64,000 nucleotides of DNA from a virus, in the IMG/VR virus record IMGVR_UViG_3300029413_000164; one strand, written 5' to 3'. The position numbers and the translations under genes were made by a program. The notes under the pieces are model-generated. The model was not told the DNA's origin. It saw nothing but the letters and a program-made list of their open reading frames with translations, and did not search any database. This document shows, piece by piece, positions 46,201 through 55,680 of the stretch (position 1 is its first letter; the number at the start of each line of letters is the position of its first letter).

Positions 46201-48719
46201 CAAAATACTTTGACTCTCCGCAGGATGTAACACTCCATGCGATGTACTCAATTCCTGTATCGGATGTAAAATCTGTACAGTTGCGCGTGTTGCAGAAGAA
46301 TGGCCCACAGATGGATGTTAAGTCTATTTCAGATGTTAGCTTCCACAAGGACGGAGAAGCCTTCTACTCATTTATAGGAGCTTACAAACTTGTTCAAATG
46401 TTAAACTCTTCAGGCGGATATTATCAGGCTTACAACAACTATTATTGTAATCTTGGAGCCGACATTATAGCAACAGACAATGCTGGAAATGTTGGAACTA
46501 TCTGGAGGCTTGAACTTAATGGTGCAAACAATCCTGATCCGCCAGCACCTGAATACAGAACAGTTAAAACAGATCACTATATGTACAAGTATAAACTGGC
46601 AAGAAACAATAGTGGATTTGAATACTACGATACGACTGACGGCCAGCAGGTTCTCAAAGGAACAAGTTATGAGGCAGGTTTCCTGAATGAAAAGTCGAAT
46701 CCAAGGATTCCTGACGGATATGAACCGGTGCGCATGACTGTTAAGTTTCAGGATGTTCAGGGAGCTTCAGAAAGTGATATTATGAACAAATATAACGGCG
46801 ATAATGATGTTGATAATATATCTATAACTGAAAACACCTTCTATTCTGCATACTACATGCCGAAACAGTACAAAGTACATTTTAAGACTGCTTCAAATGA
46901 GTCTTTTATCAAAAACAAAAACGCTGATAACAGAAATTCAAAGTCATATCTGTATACAAACAATGAAATGCCTACAATGAACATTCATTATACAGAAGCC
47001 TTTGAAGAACTTCCATCAGCATCAAAAACCGGACACACATTCACAGGATGGTTTGTACTTGATGAAAATGGAAATGATACAGGCGTACAGATTAAGAAAG
47101 ATGAACCTTTTAATTATACCCGTGATATAACTGTAGTCCCTCACTGGGAAATTAACAGTTATAAGATTACTTATGACGCAGCAACAAACGGCGGCGTACT
47201 GTCAGGAAAGTCGTCTGAGTCGGTGCAGTATAATTCAAAAGTAAATATAGACACAAATAACTACAGTGCAGCAAAAGACGGTTTTAAATTCCTCGGATGG
47301 AACACCAATCCAAAAGCTACAGAAGTCAAGGGCGGCGTCTTTGAGGACGGCGCAAAAGTGCTTAATAACGGCAGGATGCCTGATAAAGACATAACGGTTT
47401 ATGCAATATACAGCCGTACTGTCACAGCAAAATTCTACAGTGCTTATTCGCAGGGAGAGCCTTATGAAATCGCACCTTCAGGAACACTTACTGACACTAT
47501 CAGCGTGACATACTACAATACTGATACATCAGGCGAAATTACAGCTCCAAAGTCAAAACAGGGAAACCTCGACTGGACATTCTGTGGATGGTCTACAGAG
47601 AACAACTGGAATTCACCTATTGCAATAGTGGCCGACAATAAGATAAGTATCAGCAAAGACACAGACTTTTATGGGCTGTACCAGAAAAATGTAACACTGA
47701 GTTACGAAAGCAACTGCGATGCGTCAGTTGACCCAATGACAGGAACAGCTTATTTTAATGCAGCTCCCGATGGAAAACAGGGTGACTATAAAAAGAATTT
47801 TGAAGGAAATCTTGACAGCTCACTGCAGAGCAATGAAGCAAACAGTTTCGTTGGCTGGGTACAGACGTTCCCGCAGACAAACTGTGCTGTATGCGGAAAC
47901 CCTACAAAGGACAGTATCATAGGTACAATCGACACAAGCGTTAACGGCTGTAAATGTAAGTGTTTCTATCCAAACAGCGGATATAAGAACAAGCGTCAGG
48001 ATGGATGTACATGTTGCTTTATGGCAAATGATGCATTCAGCATTGACCGTGATACAACTGTTGCTGCAAGATGGGATGCATATCCAACAATCAGTGCAAA
48101 GGATACTTATATCTCAGTTCAAGAAAAGAATGATTTTGAGAAAAAACTCCTTGACTCAGCGGAGTCAAATGATAACGAGGATGTTACAACACCAATAGTT
48201 ATACAGAATAAGAATGAGATTAAGAAAATCATAAACGGCACTGATGAAAATGTTGATGTGACAGTTATTTACAAAACAACTGATTCATATGGAAACATTA
48301 CAACAGAGAGCAAGATGCTTCATGTCATAAACACGGCATCAAAAGAAGCTGCAAACACATCATATGCAAGATTCATCAATACAAAAGCAAAGAACGCTTC
48401 TTACAATATGGGTGGACTTGAAGAAAATTCACTATGGCTCACAAAACAGTCATACAAAGATACGTTAAACACAGCTCTTTCAAATGCTGATAGCGTAAAG
48501 GGTAAAAAGATGGATACCGCTAATTCATATCTTCTTGGAAATGGAAAGGCATACAAGCCACAGTACGTACTTAAATACACAAACAGTGATATAAAGGCAA
48601 TAAAGAAATATCTGAAAAATAACGGATATGGAAAATTCCAGTCATCTACTGACATGGACAAAGGAAGCAGTATATTAAAGGACTACTTCAAGACATATGT
48701 TGAAGCATACGAAGAATAA
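43254..48719 (+). CDS. Giant secreted/anchored protein (about 1820 aa) with a subtilisin-like S8 peptidase domain and Listeria-Bacteroides-type repeats
   Basis: Catalytic triad context (VVDSGA, HGS, GTSFAA). Several ...NGGSG...F.GW... repeat units. N-terminal TM/signal segment and a D/E-rich linker. Confidence 0.6.
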   Translation: MMNFRDELKKMRFKKKPRDGKKHDLSTPGRKTVLSAGAVLIAGGLLTAGILNANTGAYTSSFLSDNSSSRKITNENYDYKMADKHLIVKSASSLKESDGYKKIADGLYLVDKDKELDGSVTTYEDGDVVVADAEDDEVNPEEDVDTGDKTENTEISGETPDDNNTDVGDVKENDKTNESAELTDNENNDESTADKDTEKEIVLKTDESESKTPTSVTESAYKESEKQLKEVEKINECSKLDKYLSTLTFDNDIKIAVVDSGATVDSDRVLNGANFSATGDRLSIADDNGHGSKVTELMLENTPDNVSILPVKVVDSTGHGTLLSLYQGIEYAIEQKVDIINISLASKAIDTGLIQKAVNDARNAGILVIAAAGNDNSDVKNYVPGNVNGVMTIAGIDENNNIAQYSNYGNTISYAANGVYKEYKGTSFAAARVSAVAAMIKSNNKNNDIESILDRYVYNPKIDKKYIGRGMITLSGKITANKEKELKENVQAKLDDWESISDKKVNDIIKDMPADEIAFFWQSLTEEKQKKLLERCAYLNQDVTISNKDGVQTKSFAEYLNSNFTFDDTATAGWEQQTMWDQSRGYFWCWVDYSGAKCWYKIDVSLSRTDSINGNMTFASSFYSGTNVATISCANGQTNGHNYAGGTTVTATPKTGYFIKNGGNYGSGAVSTWCNIGCLTNAGFTCSNNAYHDWKTRPWNSDSDIKFVGAPGLHAEFDVGDAKNATCTVNMDPTLSGKVINGGGGRKDFTFDVYSGSNKIKDRVYDFNEDVEYGSHLYIKSVSAPTGYHITGDDKGTYNLGVIKENKTGSKTIYKPNIEPNTYNVAYEQNKPSDKMLDYYKPYGSTATTKGCTYGVTNYISSCGYTMPGYSFKNWNTASNGSGKTYNPGDSFTALTSTNGETVHLYAQWTKNSYTTHFDLNGGSGYAPDQTVAYGENVSLPMDGFSKEGKTFIGWSLTANDIGSTVQSLRSGFSYVNMYKTETKYFDSPQDVTLHAMYSIPVSDVKSVQLRVLQKNGPQMDVKSISDVSFHKDGEAFYSFIGAYKLVQMLNSSGGYYQAYNNYYCNLGADIIATDNAGNVGTIWRLELNGANNPDPPAPEYRTVKTDHYMYKYKLARNNSGFEYYDTTDGQQVLKGTSYEAGFLNEKSNPRIPDGYEPVRMTVKFQDVQGASESDIMNKYNGDNDVDNISITENTFYSAYYMPKQYKVHFKTASNESFIKNKNADNRNSKSYLYTNNEMPTMNIHYTEAFEELPSASKTGHTFTGWFVLDENGNDTGVQIKKDEPFNYTRDITVVPHWEINSYKITYDAATNGGVLSGKSSESVQYNSKVNIDTNNYSAAKDGFKFLGWNTNPKATEVKGGVFEDGAKVLNNGRMPDKDITVYAIYSRTVTAKFYSAYSQGEPYEIAPSGTLTDTISVTYYNTDTSGEITAPKSKQGNLDWTFCGWSTENNWNSPIAIVADNKISISKDTDFYGLYQKNVTLSYESNCDASVDPMTGTAYFNAAPDGKQGDYKKNFEGNLDSSLQSNEANSFVGWVQTFPQTNCAVCGNPTKDSIIGTIDTSVNGCKCKCFYPNSGYKNKRQDGCTCCFMANDAFSIDRDTTVAARWDAYPTISAKDTYISVQEKNDFEKKLLDSAESNDNEDVTTPIVIQNKNEIKKIINGTDENVDVTVIYKTTDSYGNITTESKMLHVINTASKEAANTSYARFINTKAKNASYNMGGLEENSLWLTKQSYKDTLNTALSNADSVKGKKMDTANSYLLGNGKAYKPQYVLKYTNSDIKAIKKYLKNNGYGKFQSSTDMDKGSSILKDYFKTYVEAYEE

Positions 48720-48741
48720 TTTTTTTTGTATCACACAATTA

Positions 48742-48774
48742 GCAGGAGACCGTTCGCGGTCTTCTGTTTTTTTG
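48742..48774 (+). terminator. Rho-independent terminator
   Basis: AGACCG TTCG CGGTCT hairpin followed by a T7 run. Confidence 0.6.
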
Positions 48775-48957
48775 AGTGAATAAAAAAAGATTAGTCATAT
48801 TTGTCAGTGGAATGAAATGAGGTTTGTGAATTATTATATGTACTATCAAATTATAAATTGATAGTAAATTAGTGCTATACTCCTACGCATAAATATGCTA
48901 TACTATATGTAGTGTTTTTTTTAAAGACAAATTCAGATATATGCCCGAAAAAGAAAA

Positions 48958-49016
48958 AAATCTTATATAGAAGGCCATTCGCAAAAATGAAATCTAACAT
49001 ACTATATATGTAAAAA
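48958..49016 (+). promoter_or_regulatory. Element-type bipartite promoter
   Basis: TCTTATATAGAAGGCCATTCG, about 17 nt, then AAATCTAACATACTATATATGTAAAA. Confidence 0.6.
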
Positions 49017-49074
49017 AGGAACAGATTTTAGTTCCATGAAACACAGATCAGATTGAAGAGAAGGAGAAATATCA

Positions 49075-50586
49075 ATGAAAAAGAAAATTTTAATGGCCCT
49101 CCTGTGTGGAACAATGACAGCGTCATTATTCACAGGCTGCGGCAAGTCTGACAGTATAGAGCAGACAAAGGACAAAATGAAAGTTGAGGCAGGTGACACC
49201 TTCAATTTCAAGGTATCAGACTACTTCAAGCACTCAAACGGAGACGCTATCGGCGATGATGAGTACAAGCTCGATGCGACAGCGGTAAACACTGACAAGG
49301 TAGGAGAGTACACCGTAAAGGTTACATTCGGCACAGGTAATGATGCAAAGGATTACAAAGTGAAGGTAGCTGTGCAGGATACCGTTGCGCCAGAAATCAA
49401 GGCAAAGGGAGATGTCGCAAACAGTGGATATACATATGTCAATGACATGAGCACAGACATGTCACAGTATGTCGATGCAACAGACATCACAGACCTTAAG
49501 TATTCCACAAAGGCTGAGAAACTCGGAGACCTTGCCGAGGTAAACGACCAGTCAATTGCAGGCTATCTTGAGCAGGTGAAGACTGTAAATGACGCAGAAG
49601 CCGCAAAGCAGTCTGAAGCTTCAAAAAAGAGTGACAAAAAAGAGGACAAGAAGGCTGATAAAAAGGATGCAACAGAGAAAACCGACGGCACCGAAAAGGC
49701 TGACGGTACTGAAAGCGCAGCCCAGACAGCAGATGACCTCAAAAACATGGGCGAGGGCTTCTATCTTACAACAGTAACAGCCACAGATGCAGGTGGCAAT
49801 ACAGCAGATGTGTCGTTTCTTGTAATCTGCGACAAGACAGCGCCTGTTATATCATACAACGGACAGCAGCTTGCTGACGGAAGCACAATAGAGCTTGAGA
49901 AAGATATAAATGACGCATCAGAGGTAGTTTTTGATGTAACAGACAACACCCGTGGAAAGCTGGCAGACGGCGACTATACCAAGACGCTCGATAAGAGTAA
50001 TGGCTACAGCTTCAAGATTGACGCAGGGGATTCTGCAGGAAACCAGACTTCAATCAGCGTGAACGGAAGCGTGAAGAAACAGGAGGTGGCTGAGAACAGC
50101 AGCTCTGGTTCAAACAGCTCTGCTAACAAGGGAAGCGGAAAGAACAACGGTGGTTCAAAGAAGAATAACACTTCATCAGGAAAGAAGCACAACAGCAGCT
50201 CATCAGGTGGCAGTTCTGCACCTGCAAGCAATCCGGAAAACGGAGATAATACCGTGAGCGAGCCTGCTAATAATAATGTGCAGTATGGAGTGATTCAGTG
50301 GGATAGCAGAGGCGCTTATAAGGCTTGTTACAAGACGGAATCGGAAGCTAATGCAGCAGCTGATGCGTTTGTAAAAAACAAATTAGGAAGCTCATATACA
50401 GGCAATTGGGACGGCGGTGGCTGGGAGCATGGCGTTTATTATGTTGGTGGCATAACTGCAAGAATTGATAATGAAAATGCCAATGTCATTTACGATATGC
50501 GTCCAAATGTCGCCAAAGCGGTCAGTGGCTCAATCTTTAACGAATCTACATGGGAATGGGAAGATGCTAAAGATATAAGTTGGTAA
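49075..50586 (+). CDS. Lipoprotein, 503 aa, with low-complexity K/D/E and S/G-rich segments
   Basis: Lipobox LFTGCG. RBS AGAAGGAG. Confidence 0.55.
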   Translation: MKKKILMALLCGTMTASLFTGCGKSDSIEQTKDKMKVEAGDTFNFKVSDYFKHSNGDAIGDDEYKLDATAVNTDKVGEYTVKVTFGTGNDAKDYKVKVAVQDTVAPEIKAKGDVANSGYTYVNDMSTDMSQYVDATDITDLKYSTKAEKLGDLAEVNDQSIAGYLEQVKTVNDAEAAKQSEASKKSDKKEDKKADKKDATEKTDGTEKADGTESAAQTADDLKNMGEGFYLTTVTATDAGGNTADVSFLVICDKTAPVISYNGQQLADGSTIELEKDINDASEVVFDVTDNTRGKLADGDYTKTLDKSNGYSFKIDAGDSAGNQTSISVNGSVKKQEVAENSSSGSNSSANKGSGKNNGGSKKNNTSSGKKHNSSSSGGSSAPASNPENGDNTVSEPANNNVQYGVIQWDSRGAYKACYKTESEANAAADAFVKNKLGSSYTGNWDGGGWEHGVYYVGGITARIDNENANVIYDMRPNVAKAVSGSIFNESTWEWEDAKDISW

Positions 50587-50607
50587 AAGCAGTAAATGCT
50601 ATAGAGG

Positions 50608-50643
50608 ATAAGACATCTCTTTTTGGGATGTCTTATTTTTTTA
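50608..50643 (+). terminator. Rho-independent terminator
   Basis: AAGACATC...GATGTCTT hairpin followed by a T-run. Confidence 0.6.
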
Positions 50644-50644
50644 A

Positions 50645-50672
50645 AAGAAAAAATCATACTTATACCGTAAGT
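50645..50672 (+). promoter_or_regulatory. Element-type promoter
   Basis: AAAAAATCATACTTATACCGTAAG upstream of the 50707 start. Confidence 0.5.
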
Positions 50673-50706
50673 AAAATTTACAAATATCTAAGAAAGGAGG
50701 ATTTTT

Positions 50707-52956
50707 ATGCTAAGTAGGTTAAAAAAGATTGCAAAACGTGCGGGAGCAATTATCGTAGCAGGAATAGTTACATTAACTGTTTTGCCAGTAATTCCTGTAC
50801 AAGCGGCCGAAACCAAAAATTACCATTTGTATCAAAATGCTAAGCAAGTGTATGATTCTATTTCGGAAACAAGAGAAATTTACACGACACCAGATAACTC
50901 AGAGTTATTCTGGGTGACAAAGAGCAACAAGGCATCAAGCTCATCTCATCTGAAATACAGAACTCTTGGCTGGAGACTTGTTATATCGGGAAGCGGGTAT
51001 TCGCAGAAATGTGACCTGATACTCAACAACACAATCAAAAGGCCAGCAGGAGCATTAGGAGAGTATGAGAGTGGTGGTTACTATTATATTCTGTATACCA
51101 TAGACTTAAAGACGGTCTATAACAGAATGTGTGCCCAGAACAGCAGTATAGCAGCAGCGATATACGGCGGTTCATCATATCATATTGTGGCACATCCGAT
51201 AATGACAAAAGTACCGGCAAACAGCAGCCCAAGCGGATCGCTTACAGGAGAAAACTCAAACGGAACTGTTAACGCAAGTGGTTTTGTATGTTTCATGGAT
51301 GAAAATGGTGGCTACAACGCATTGAAGAATTGCGCTTCATGGAGTTCAGCTTCGTATGATGCGTTTAGTGATTTCCATTCTGGAAGAAATTGTGATATAA
51401 GCGCAATGAAATACAATGTCCAATATAGGATTGTGGATGGAAATGGCAATGCTGTTGAGAACACTTCTTTGTCTAGCGGTTTGAAAACAAATTCAGGCGG
51501 AGGTGTCGTTAATTCGAGGGGATCTGCGTATTCGCAGAATGTAACATCATTCGCTCCAATAAGCGCATTAAATGTTGCAATTACAAAACCTGGCTACACT
51601 CTTGAAACAGTATGGAAAAAATCCGGAACAAACTATGCAGTTGGTTTTGGCGGACAGATTACATCCTATGCGATAGGCGGCAACACAACCCTTGTAGCAA
51701 AGGTAACACCAAACACATATTATGTTGACTACTATAAGGATGGAAATGTTATCATGCGCCAGACATGTACTTATGACAAGAACTTCAGTACGTATGACGG
51801 CACATCTGTTTCGTGGGACAATTATGTATTCAAGAACTGGAATACACAGGAAAATGGAAAAGGAACAATATATAACTCAAAGCAGACAGTTAAAAATCTG
51901 ACGACCGTTCCAGGCGGAGTGGTTAAGCTTTATGCACAGAAAGAGCCGAAGGAATATGAAGTAACACTGAATCCTGTTGGAGGAAGTGGCGGCACAGATA
52001 AGGTATATGAGAAATATGGTATCAGATACACAGCTCAGAGTGAAAAAGTTGTAAATAATCCGGCATCAATAAGTGCTGTAACTTCACCAAAGAAATTTGG
52101 TTATGATTTTACCGGATATTTCACATCGGCTAATGGTGAAGGAAACAAGTTTGCAGATGGCGTAAACCCGTTAATGCAGACACCTAATGCAAACCACACG
52201 GTTGCTATCACAAAAGATACAGTAATGTTTAATGCAAAAAACACACATACTGTATATGCGAATTATACACCGCGTACACCGGTCATCAGTTTTAACAAGC
52301 AGGGCGGTTTAGGTGGCTCAGATTCAACAACAGCTACATTCGGCAGTGACCTGCCACTTGTTGACAACAACAAAAATTCTTTGTCAGCACCGTCAAAAGA
52401 AGGCTGGTCATTTAAGGGCTACTATACAGAGCCTGATGGCAGAGGAACAATGTTTTACAACGAATCTATGGGTGCAACAAAGACCTGTGATTTTGAAGAC
52501 AACCTGACTGTATATGCCTACTGGGTGGACAATATTCCGCCAACAGTAACTGTCGTGCCAACTACAAACGGATGGACAAATCAGGCTATAAACATCACCA
52601 TACGAATGCGTGACACAGGAAGCGGACTTAAAAAATCTGGCTGTGTTATCAAGATGGACGGCAAAGAAATTGGCTGGAACCGATGGTTTAGTGACGGATG
52701 CACAGACGAAGTTGTTACAACCATCACATGTACGACAGAGGGCATTCACAAGTATGAAGCTATTGCCACTGATATGTGGGGCAATGTAAGTTCTGCAATG
52801 ACCGTTGTATATTATGATATTACGGCGCCAAAAGGAAGTGTTCATGCTTACGGCCCGGGAGTTTCAGAAAGAATACCGATGACATATCTTAATAATAGCT
52901 CAGTATGGTACATCCGAGATGGAAAAGTTACAGACTACAATGTAAAATATGACTAG
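50707..52956 (+). CDS. Secreted protein, 749 aa, with Listeria-Bacteroides-type repeats
   Basis: Signal peptide (IIVAGIVTLTVLPVIPVQA). Repeat units YEVTLNPVGGSG and ISFNKQGGLGGS. Ends at a TAG that is in frame with the next ORF. Confidence 0.55.
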   Translation: MLSRLKKIAKRAGAIIVAGIVTLTVLPVIPVQAAETKNYHLYQNAKQVYDSISETREIYTTPDNSELFWVTKSNKASSSSHLKYRTLGWRLVISGSGYSQKCDLILNNTIKRPAGALGEYESGGYYYILYTIDLKTVYNRMCAQNSSIAAAIYGGSSYHIVAHPIMTKVPANSSPSGSLTGENSNGTVNASGFVCFMDENGGYNALKNCASWSSASYDAFSDFHSGRNCDISAMKYNVQYRIVDGNGNAVENTSLSSGLKTNSGGGVVNSRGSAYSQNVTSFAPISALNVAITKPGYTLETVWKKSGTNYAVGFGGQITSYAIGGNTTLVAKVTPNTYYVDYYKDGNVIMRQTCTYDKNFSTYDGTSVSWDNYVFKNWNTQENGKGTIYNSKQTVKNLTTVPGGVVKLYAQKEPKEYEVTLNPVGGSGGTDKVYEKYGIRYTAQSEKVVNNPASISAVTSPKKFGYDFTGYFTSANGEGNKFADGVNPLMQTPNANHTVAITKDTVMFNAKNTHTVYANYTPRTPVISFNKQGGLGGSDSTTATFGSDLPLVDNNKNSLSAPSKEGWSFKGYYTEPDGRGTMFYNESMGATKTCDFEDNLTVYAYWVDNIPPTVTVVPTTNGWTNQAINITIRMRDTGSGLKKSGCVIKMDGKEIGWNRWFSDGCTDEVVTTITCTTEGIHKYEAIATDMWGNVSSAMTVVYYDITAPKGSVHAYGPGVSERIPMTYLNNSSVWYIRDGKVTDYNVKYD

Positions 52957-52995
52957 GACGGAAACACAAAAATCAGATATCTGACGAGATTAAGC

Positions 52996-54297
52996 ATGGC
53001 GCAAGCCGTGCTTTTTTCGTTTATGGAAGAAAAATATATGATAGATAATCAATATCCAGCAAATGATGTGTATGCCATATGGAAACCTATTTCATGGACA
53101 GTGAAATATGATGCCAACGGTGGCAGCGACACAATGGCTGATACAACACATACCTATAATGCACATATTCCTATCTCAAATAACCAATTCAACAAAGCCG
53201 GTTATACATTTGATGGCTGGCAGGCAAGTCGTATAAGAAACGGAAAAATCGAATGGCTATGCAGCAATACGGACAATTCATGGATAAGTGGTGGCGAATG
53301 GTATGAAAAAGATAAAATACCTTCCAATAGAAAGATATTTCATTGGTCAGCTTCTGAACATTCGTCATGGACGACTTATATAGATGGCGATGTAATTACG
53401 CTGCATGCACAGTGGGAACCAAATATATATAAAAATAGATTTTGGCATTTTGTACAAGGGTTTAAAAATTCTGAAGGCAATAGCACTAATAAAAAGGCAT
53501 ACAAAGTAAAAGAAGATTCTTCAGTATCATTTACGTATGGGCAAAGCTATATAATAGATGCATCATATGCAACTCAAATTCCTAATGGATATTATCTTGG
53601 TTCTTCTTTTGGTTCTAGCTGGCATGCTGGGACTAATGGTATATGGGAACCGGGAGATTGGCTGAATTATAAAATGGGGACAACGATCTTGCAGGCAGCT
53701 GGCAGTATGTTTTTCGAATACGATTATTATCCATATGAATATACAATCACCTACAACCTGAACGTTGGCACAAATAACAGCTCAAATCCGTCAACATACA
53801 ATGTGCTTTACGGAATAAGCCTTAAAGCTCCGACAAGAGCAGGTTACACATTCACAGGCTGGTATGATAAAAACGGTAATAAAGTGACAGGCATAAACGA
53901 AGGATGTAATGCAACATTCGGCAGCACCGACGATTTGTATGCAAAACTTGCTACAAGGACTACTGGTAACAGGACTCTTACAGCACACTGGTCATACAAT
54001 CCAATAAGCGTTAAGGTACCACAAGTGTTGACTGGCGATCACACTGGCAAATCACAATTCAGGGTTAAGTGTGATGACTTTAAAGTTGGTAGCATTGAAA
54101 TAACAGTACCAAACAGCTTTCCATATAAGCAGACTGGCAAAGCTGATGTAACAGCTACAATTACAGCAAAAAGTGGTAACAATACTATTACACCAACGAA
54201 CAAAGTTTGTGTATATAATATAACCACCACCAACGGATTATCAGCCGGGTGCTGGCAGGGAAGCTTTAATATTGGACTCACGCTGACAAAAGAATAA
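52996..54297 (+). CDS. Listeria-Bacteroides-repeat protein carrying the shared C-terminal module (possibly the C-terminal half of the preceding gene)
   Basis: Same reading frame as 50707-52956, with a single intervening TAG. The C-terminal roughly 100 aa are shared with the 41637-43130 product. Confidence 0.5.
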   Translation: MAQAVLFSFMEEKYMIDNQYPANDVYAIWKPISWTVKYDANGGSDTMADTTHTYNAHIPISNNQFNKAGYTFDGWQASRIRNGKIEWLCSNTDNSWISGGEWYEKDKIPSNRKIFHWSASEHSSWTTYIDGDVITLHAQWEPNIYKNRFWHFVQGFKNSEGNSTNKKAYKVKEDSSVSFTYGQSYIIDASYATQIPNGYYLGSSFGSSWHAGTNGIWEPGDWLNYKMGTTILQAAGSMFFEYDYYPYEYTITYNLNVGTNNSSNPSTYNVLYGISLKAPTRAGYTFTGWYDKNGNKVTGINEGCNATFGSTDDLYAKLATRTTGNRTLTAHWSYNPISVKVPQVLTGDHTGKSQFRVKCDDFKVGSIEITVPNSFPYKQTGKADVTATITAKSGNNTITPTNKVCVYNITTTNGLSAGCWQGSFNIGLTLTKE

Positions 54298-54340
54298 GAC
54301 ATAATTTAAGGGTATAGTTAATAGCTATGCCCTTATTTTG
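54133..54340 (+). repeat. Shared gene 3'-end plus terminator module, copy B
   Basis: About 85-90% identity to copy A, including the terminator hairpin. Confidence 0.65.
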
Positions 54341-54408
54341 TCCACGAAATGAAAATCAATATAAAAAACGCGTGAAAAACTTTCGTAATTCACACGCCTT
54401 TTTTAAAT

Positions 54409-54609
54409 TTATAATTTTATGCTTTTTTCTCTAACTTCTTCCATGGTGCTTCCGTGTATAAATTGATTTTTTTCGTTATCTGACAAAGCGGCAACTGAAC
54501 AGCCATTTTGACGAGCTAGTTTTGTTAACCCGCGATAATCAATGTCGAAATTAGGTATTTCGCTAATTTTGTATACGTGTGGTTTAGATAATGTCGTCTC
54601 TCCAATCAT
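54409..54609 (-). CDS. Small hypothetical protein, about 66 aa
   Basis: Minus-strand ORF with a CAGGAGGTG RBS on the minus strand. The longer ORF-track version lacks an RBS. Confidence 0.4.
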   Translation of the reverse strand: MIGETTLSKPHVYKISEIPNFDIDYRGLTKLARQNGCSVAALSDNEKNQFIHGSTMEEVREKSIKL

Positions 54610-54719
54610 AGTTATACACCTCCTGTATTTAATATACATTTTAAAGGGTATTTGTGAAAAAAGCAATCTGTTCCATAAATACACATTAGCATAAAACAGC
54701 TTCATTTGGTTCGATTTTT

Positions 54720-54745
54720 GCCAAAATCATACTCATTTAATACAA
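54720..54745 (+). promoter_or_regulatory. Element-type promoter (distal, about 160-nt leader)
   Basis: CCAAAATCATACTCATTTAATAC. Confidence 0.35.
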
Positions 54746-54906
54746 ATCACGTCAAAAACGTATTCATTTTTCACGATTTATGCCAAAAATGGTATCATTT
54801 TTATGCCTTGAAAGCAATGTACAGTCAGTTTATAATCCAAGTAAGGTATTTAGCAGTTGTAATATATTTTAGAATGGGGATGAAAATTTCAGGAAGAAGG
54901 TGGAAC

Positions 54907-55668
54907 ATGATTTATCTAACAGGCGATACACACAATGATTTTTCAAAGTTGTCAAACAAATCCTTGAAAAAACACGATTTAAAGCTTACAGAGGATGATT
55001 ATATAATTGTTGCCGGTGACTTTGGACTTTGCTGGGCGCACGATAAAACCTTTGACTGGAACTGTAAATGGTTTGCCGAGAGGTCTTTCACAACGCTCTG
55101 GGTTCAGGGGAATCACGAAAACTATGACATGATTGCAGAATATCCACTGGAAGAATGGCATGGTGGTCTGGTACGCCATATCGTAAGAGATAAAGTCATT
55201 CTGCTTGAGCGTGGACAGATATTTAAAATTGATGGACATACATTCTTTACTTTTGGTGGTGCAGCTTCACATGATATTCCAGGCAGTGCTCTTGACCGAA
55301 ATGATCCGAAATTCGAAATAAAGCTTAAGGAACGCCGCAGAGACTGGATTCCGTATCGCATAATCGGCGAATCATGGTGGCCGCAGGAAATTCCGACGGA
55401 ACAGGAGATGCAGACAGGGATTGATAATCTTGCAAAAGCAGACTTTACTGTTGATTATGTAATAACCCACTGCTGTGCCACTGACTTGCAGACGGCCATC
55501 GTGCATTATCTCAACAAACCAAGCAAGGCAGATGTGCTGACAGATTATTTTCAGGCTTTGGAAGGGAAGCTGCATTATAAACACTGGTATTTCGGACATT
55601 ATCACTACTATTTGCAGACAGATGAAAAGCACACGGTATTGTATAATGATATAATTAAACTTGAATAA
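54907..55668 (+). CDS. Metallophosphoesterase (calcineurin-like)
   Basis: Motifs GDTHND, GDFG, GNHEN and GGAASHD. RBS GGAAGAAGGTGG. Confidence 0.65.
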   Translation: MIYLTGDTHNDFSKLSNKSLKKHDLKLTEDDYIIVAGDFGLCWAHDKTFDWNCKWFAERSFTTLWVQGNHENYDMIAEYPLEEWHGGLVRHIVRDKVILLERGQIFKIDGHTFFTFGGAASHDIPGSALDRNDPKFEIKLKERRRDWIPYRIIGESWWPQEIPTEQEMQTGIDNLAKADFTVDYVITHCCATDLQTAIVHYLNKPSKADVLTDYFQALEGKLHYKHWYFGHYHYYLQTDEKHTVLYNDIIKLE

Positions 55669-55680
55669 GGAGAAACTGAT

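Noticed and set aside
54610-54906. ORF-track N-terminal extensions MVRFLPKSY... (54706-54906) and MKLFYANV... (54610-54705, minus strand)
   Set aside because: The extensions run through the noncoding promoter region and have no RBS. Internal starts with good RBS give the real genes, at 54907 on the plus strand and 54609 on the minus strand.
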